Below are positions 60,051 to 64,000 of a stretch of 64,000 nucleotides of DNA, piece after piece. This stretch comes from Hormiphora californensis (lineage: Eukaryota > Animalia > Ctenophora). The stretch covers positions 2,294,001-2,358,000 of the forward strand of contig CM035352.1 in NCBI GenBank assembly GCA_020137815.1, read 5' to 3'. Each line of letters opens with the position of its first letter. Within the stretch, counting starts at the first letter, position 1. Below the pieces are notes generated by a model. The model was not told where the DNA came from. It was given only the letters and a program-made list of their open reading frames with translations, and made no database searches. The position numbers and the translations under genes are program-made.

Positions 60051-61058
60051 CTACCCACCAAGAAGATCTGTGGTGTCGTCATCTTCCTCTCCGAATCCCC
60101 CAAATTTCTCCTGCTCCTCATTGCGACATCCTGATCCAGCGAAAATGGAGTAATCTAGGTCCGACACAATCACCTCATCTTCATCACTTATCCGACCCTC
60201 TAACATGCTCAGTTCATCCCGAACCTCCTCCAGGAAATCTTCGCTGTCATACTTCCGTCTTTGTAGTACTGACTCATCATCACATTCCTCAACATGGTGG
60301 ACCTCTTCCTGGGTACTCGATGGAACATCACATTTCGTAGGACTATCTGGTTGTGGGATCTGACCAGTAAAGTTGGATACCTTATAACTCGGTTCCGGTT
60401 CCTGGGCCTTGCTCCGGGCTATCTTCATTATCTCCTCTATCTCATCATTACGAGATATAAAGGACTGCCGGTTTTTATCTGTTAGGGCCGACAGGAGGGG
60501 TATCGATTTATCTACTTTCTTGGCTGCGTAGGTTGGAAATTTATCGGGTGTTGTCAGGGGGTATTTTTCTGCATCAGGTAGTTTGGTGGTTTCCGCTGGT
60601 TGATCTGGGGCAGCAGCTTGTCCATACAGTAGTTGGAGGGAATCCGGTGGTATTCCTCCCGGCATTGCTATAGTTTTCCTCCTGTAAGAGAGCCCCGCAG
60701 GCTGGGCTGGAGGAGGGGCGGGGGATAGGGACCTGAGTGTATCCCCTGCAAGGTCTGACAGTGTCTGGGCCATTTCGGAGAGAGTCTGCTCGGCACCAAC
60801 CTCACTGCGGCAGTTACTGCCCCTTCGGGATGGAGCATTGTCACAATAGCAGGGGTCTTCCGTGATTGTCGGGGGAGCGGTGTTGGTGGTAGGGGTGGAG
60901 GAGAAGAAGGAGAAGAAGGAAGAAGACCAATCATTCTCAGCAGGTTGTGGATCAGGAGCTGCTGCTGCTGGAGTTTCTGCAGATGATGATGTTGTTCCAA
61001 ATAGAGATTCTACGACGGGGTTCGAGTCGGGCAAGTAGTAGGAAAAGAAGCTAGACAT
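60051..61058 (-). CDS. Uncharacterised low-complexity protein or large exon, upstream of the SYTL SHD exon
   Basis: 335-codon ATG-initiated ORF, S/P/E/D-rich with a short coiled-coil-like segment (FLEEVRDELSMLEGRI). The 3' end is locally duplicated and unreliable. Confidence 0.55.
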   Translation of the reverse strand: MSSFFSYYLPDSNPVVESLFGTTSSSAETPAAAAPDPQPAENDWSSSFFSFFSSTPTTNTAPPTITEDPCYCDNAPSRRGSNCRSEVGAEQTLSEMAQTLSDLAGDTLRSLSPAPPPAQPAGLSYRRKTIAMPGGIPPDSLQLLYGQAAAPDQPAETTKLPDAEKYPLTTPDKFPTYAAKKVDKSIPLLSALTDKNRQSFISRNDEIEEIMKIARSKAQEPEPSYKVSNFTGQIPQPDSPTKCDVPSSTQEEVHHVEECDDESVLQRRKYDSEDFLEEVRDELSMLEGRISDEDEVIVSDLDYSIFAGSGCRNEEQEKFGGFGEEDDDTTDLLGG

Positions 61059-61265
61059 GATAATACGAGCAGCGAACGGCCACTTGTACGAGGATTGACA
61101 TGCTAATTACAACACCCGCGTGCTCTGTACAAAGAGAGAAACTGTGAGAGAAGATGTGAGAGAGAGGGAGAGAGAGAGAAACGTGTGTTATGCGTGTTTC
61201 AGCTAGAGAGGCTACCCAATCTTTCTATTTCTCCACCATATCCAGCAGATCTTTCTCCTGGATAG

Positions 61266-61357
<92 letters not shown>

Positions 61358-62876
61358 CTCTCTCTGTCAATCACTCCATCGTGTGGCCAGCAAGTCTAAT
61401 TACGGTCACGTGATACCCATTTTCAACCAAAATACCACCATGGGAGGAATAAGTGACCCGGGGAGCCAACCAATTATCTCAATTATCGGCCAAAGTAACA
61501 CAGTAACAAGACTTCATAGGTAGTGTCAAGCCGTCGGGGCTGTACGTTCAATTATCATTCAAAATGAACAATTAGGATTGCGACTGTGTATAATTGTTAT
61601 CTATCGATTGAATGGTATTCACAGGAATAAATTGTTAGTGGTATCAACTATCGAAAGAGGATTAAAACTAGGAGCTAGTACAGTAGGAAGTTAGGAAAAA
61701 ACAAGAAGTGAGCTGAATCCCCCTGGACTCGTTTAAAGTTGGGTTCTCTCTCTCAATTACCTGGTGTTATCTGTCTATCCGACACAATAAAGACATCCTC
61801 TAACCAAGTGGGCTCCACGACTACCGATACAGGAGCTCTACCTCCACCACTGCCCTCTAATATTGTGGCACAGCAACAGTGATAACACACTCCGTACGGG
61901 TAACACAGATCTCGCAACAGCATTACATCTTATCCAAGTAGAAGTACACAACAATGAGAGAGCAGAAGGATGCCGCGTTCTGTTGACAGTTTGTGGTGGT
62001 GGCTATATTATATTCGACGCTGATCTCTTCAGCCGATTGGGACCCGATATATATTGTATTATTTATAGGCCAGCTCCTCTAGGTATCAGGGATCTTCCTC
62101 CCTCGCTATCTTTGTGGTTTCAGCTGCTGTAATGCTGGACATGAGAGATTAGAATTATTATGTAGTGGACATGAATAGACATAATATAATCTTCAGGCAA
62201 GTGTGTAGCTGGTGTATTCAAATTTGGGAGGAGCATCAACCTGTACTCAGATCTCTTTTTGTTCCAGAATTTCTTTGTTTTTTGAAAGGACCAAAGACAA
62301 TATAATGGCTGTATATAACTCTCTTCCATCTCTCTCTCTCTCTCTCTCTCTCTGATCTCAGTTTACACACACACACAGATGGTGGTACCTAAACCACAAA
62401 GTGACTACTTATACTCCGTTCTTTTCCCTCTCAGACTCAGAGATAATCAGATAATCTTCCGAAGCAGCTTGTTCAAAGTGTAACTCTGGAAAAGTAATGG
62501 GAAACGGTCTAATAAAACAAAGTAGAGAATCTAGAATCTAGAATTGGCACAGTCAATAAATAAATACAAGAAAGGAAAGGTGAAGAATAGAAGTATAGGG
62601 CTGCTATAGATTCTCTACCACTATATTACATTTGAATCCTATGTAACTTTCCCCTGTGATTCTCTCTCTATCTCTCCCTTGATTTCCGGAAGCGAATCTA
62701 TGCAGTGCATTCTCACAGACTCCACCACTGGCGAGGAGGGGAAGTGAGATCGTTACTTTTACTAAAGAGAGCACAACGAAAGTGAAGTAAGGAGAGAGTG
62801 AATGTAGGGGGAAATACTCTAGCTCAATATATTGACTGCTTCTGTCTGACAAAAGGGCAAGTGCAGTACCGAGTGT

Positions 62877-62939
<63 letters not shown>

Positions 62940-64000
62940 TGATGGTTCCTCACACATCTTCACTGCATTGGACCAGGAAACCAAAGACAGTGGTGTTATA
63001 TGGGCGGAGAGGGCGAGAGACAAGGAAAAGATCCAGGAGAGAAAATGAAATAGAGAGCTATCTAGGATCGATAGAGAGAGGGAGAGAGAGAGAGAGAGAG
63101 ATACAGCAAAGGAAATACGTGAATCTTCACATTAGGGTATGGTGCAGTGATTGGTGATAAAGGAGGGAGAGAAAATTAAGGTATTTCCCGCAGACCAATC
63201 TGCGTGCAATCATAGCTCTTATCATAGTTAATCTCTCTCTCCATCTCTCTCTATCTCTCCATCTTGCTCGCCCCTCTCCAACTCCGTCATTCTATCCAAT
63301 CCTCCTTTCACAGTTTATCTCCCCCACCCAATCCCATCCACTTTTGTTATTATGGAGAGCAGAGCTGTAGTACTGGGTTTCTAACTTTAGTAACGTCCCT
63401 TCCAACTTACAGCTTTTTGTTGTTCGTTTGTAAAAAATTTTAAATGGGAAAGGGAGGAGAGAGGAAAAAGAAAATTAAAAAAGATAAAATTTTAAAAAAT
63501 TTAACTGGTCGCCCGGGAAAGGGACAGTATTCCCGCCCCAATTTTTTTTTTTTTCTCCCGAACCCTTAAGGGGGGGACTGGGTTTTTTTTGTTAAAAAAA
63601 TTAACTTTTTGCTTTTTGAGGGGTTTTTCCCCCCTTTTGGACATTAACAGTGGGGCCGGGGGTTTAAAAGGGGGAAAAGTGAGTTTGCTTTTACCGATTT
63701 TTAAAAGGGGTCCCAAAAAGCCCCCCCCACCCACAAAATTGGGGGTGGAAATATGGGGGAAGTTAAATGCTTTTGAGTCTGTTTTCCAAAGGGGCTAAAA
63801 TAGATTTTGGGAGGAAAAAAGAGGGGGGAGGAACAGTTGAAAAACAAGAAGAAAGGGAGGAGAGAGAGAGAAGGAGGAGGGGAGAAGAAAAAGGGGGAGA
63901 AAATTTTCCGGGGTAAATGCCCCTCTGGAAGCCCACGGGGGATTTAAATTGGGGGGGGGTAAAAAAAATAGGGGCAAAAGATTAGAGGGGTTCGGATGAA

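Noticed and set aside
63430-64000. Homopolymer-rich terminal region with short ORFs
   Set aside because: Base-calling noise pattern like the flank of the N-gap; not interpretable.

Overview
Eukaryotic, intron-rich animal genomic DNA. It is probably a ctenophore such as Pleurobrachia, inferred from the (AG)n load and a recalled 109-bp palindromic repeat; this is not verified. The assembly is a draft with a 100-N gap (58106-58205) and several indel-rich noisy patches. Spliced genes reconstructed by hand: MED8 (-), TRAPPC4 (-), a 16-exon EF-hand-less NADPH oxidase (-) with an intronless GPCR nested antisense in intron 12, SF3B4 (+), a large secreted mucin/coiled-coil/C-type-lectin protein (+), and a synaptotagmin-like Rab effector with SHD, zinc finger and C2A/C2B domains (-). 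Mobile DNA includes a near-intact CR1/L2-group LINE, a 793-bp TIR element nested inside an identical-length copy of itself, four non-autonomous Helitrons (three stacked head-to-tail), Penelope-like, Tc1/mariner and hAT relics, a hammerhead ribozyme and many palindromic MITEs. The most striking signal is at the LINE ORF1/ORF2 junction, which has a retrovirus-style -1 ribosomal frameshift cassette (U UUU UUA, spacer, hairpin, and an ORF2 without a start AUG). Splice acceptors sit just before nearly every start codon, suggesting trans-splicing and a possible TRAPPC4-MED8 operon.
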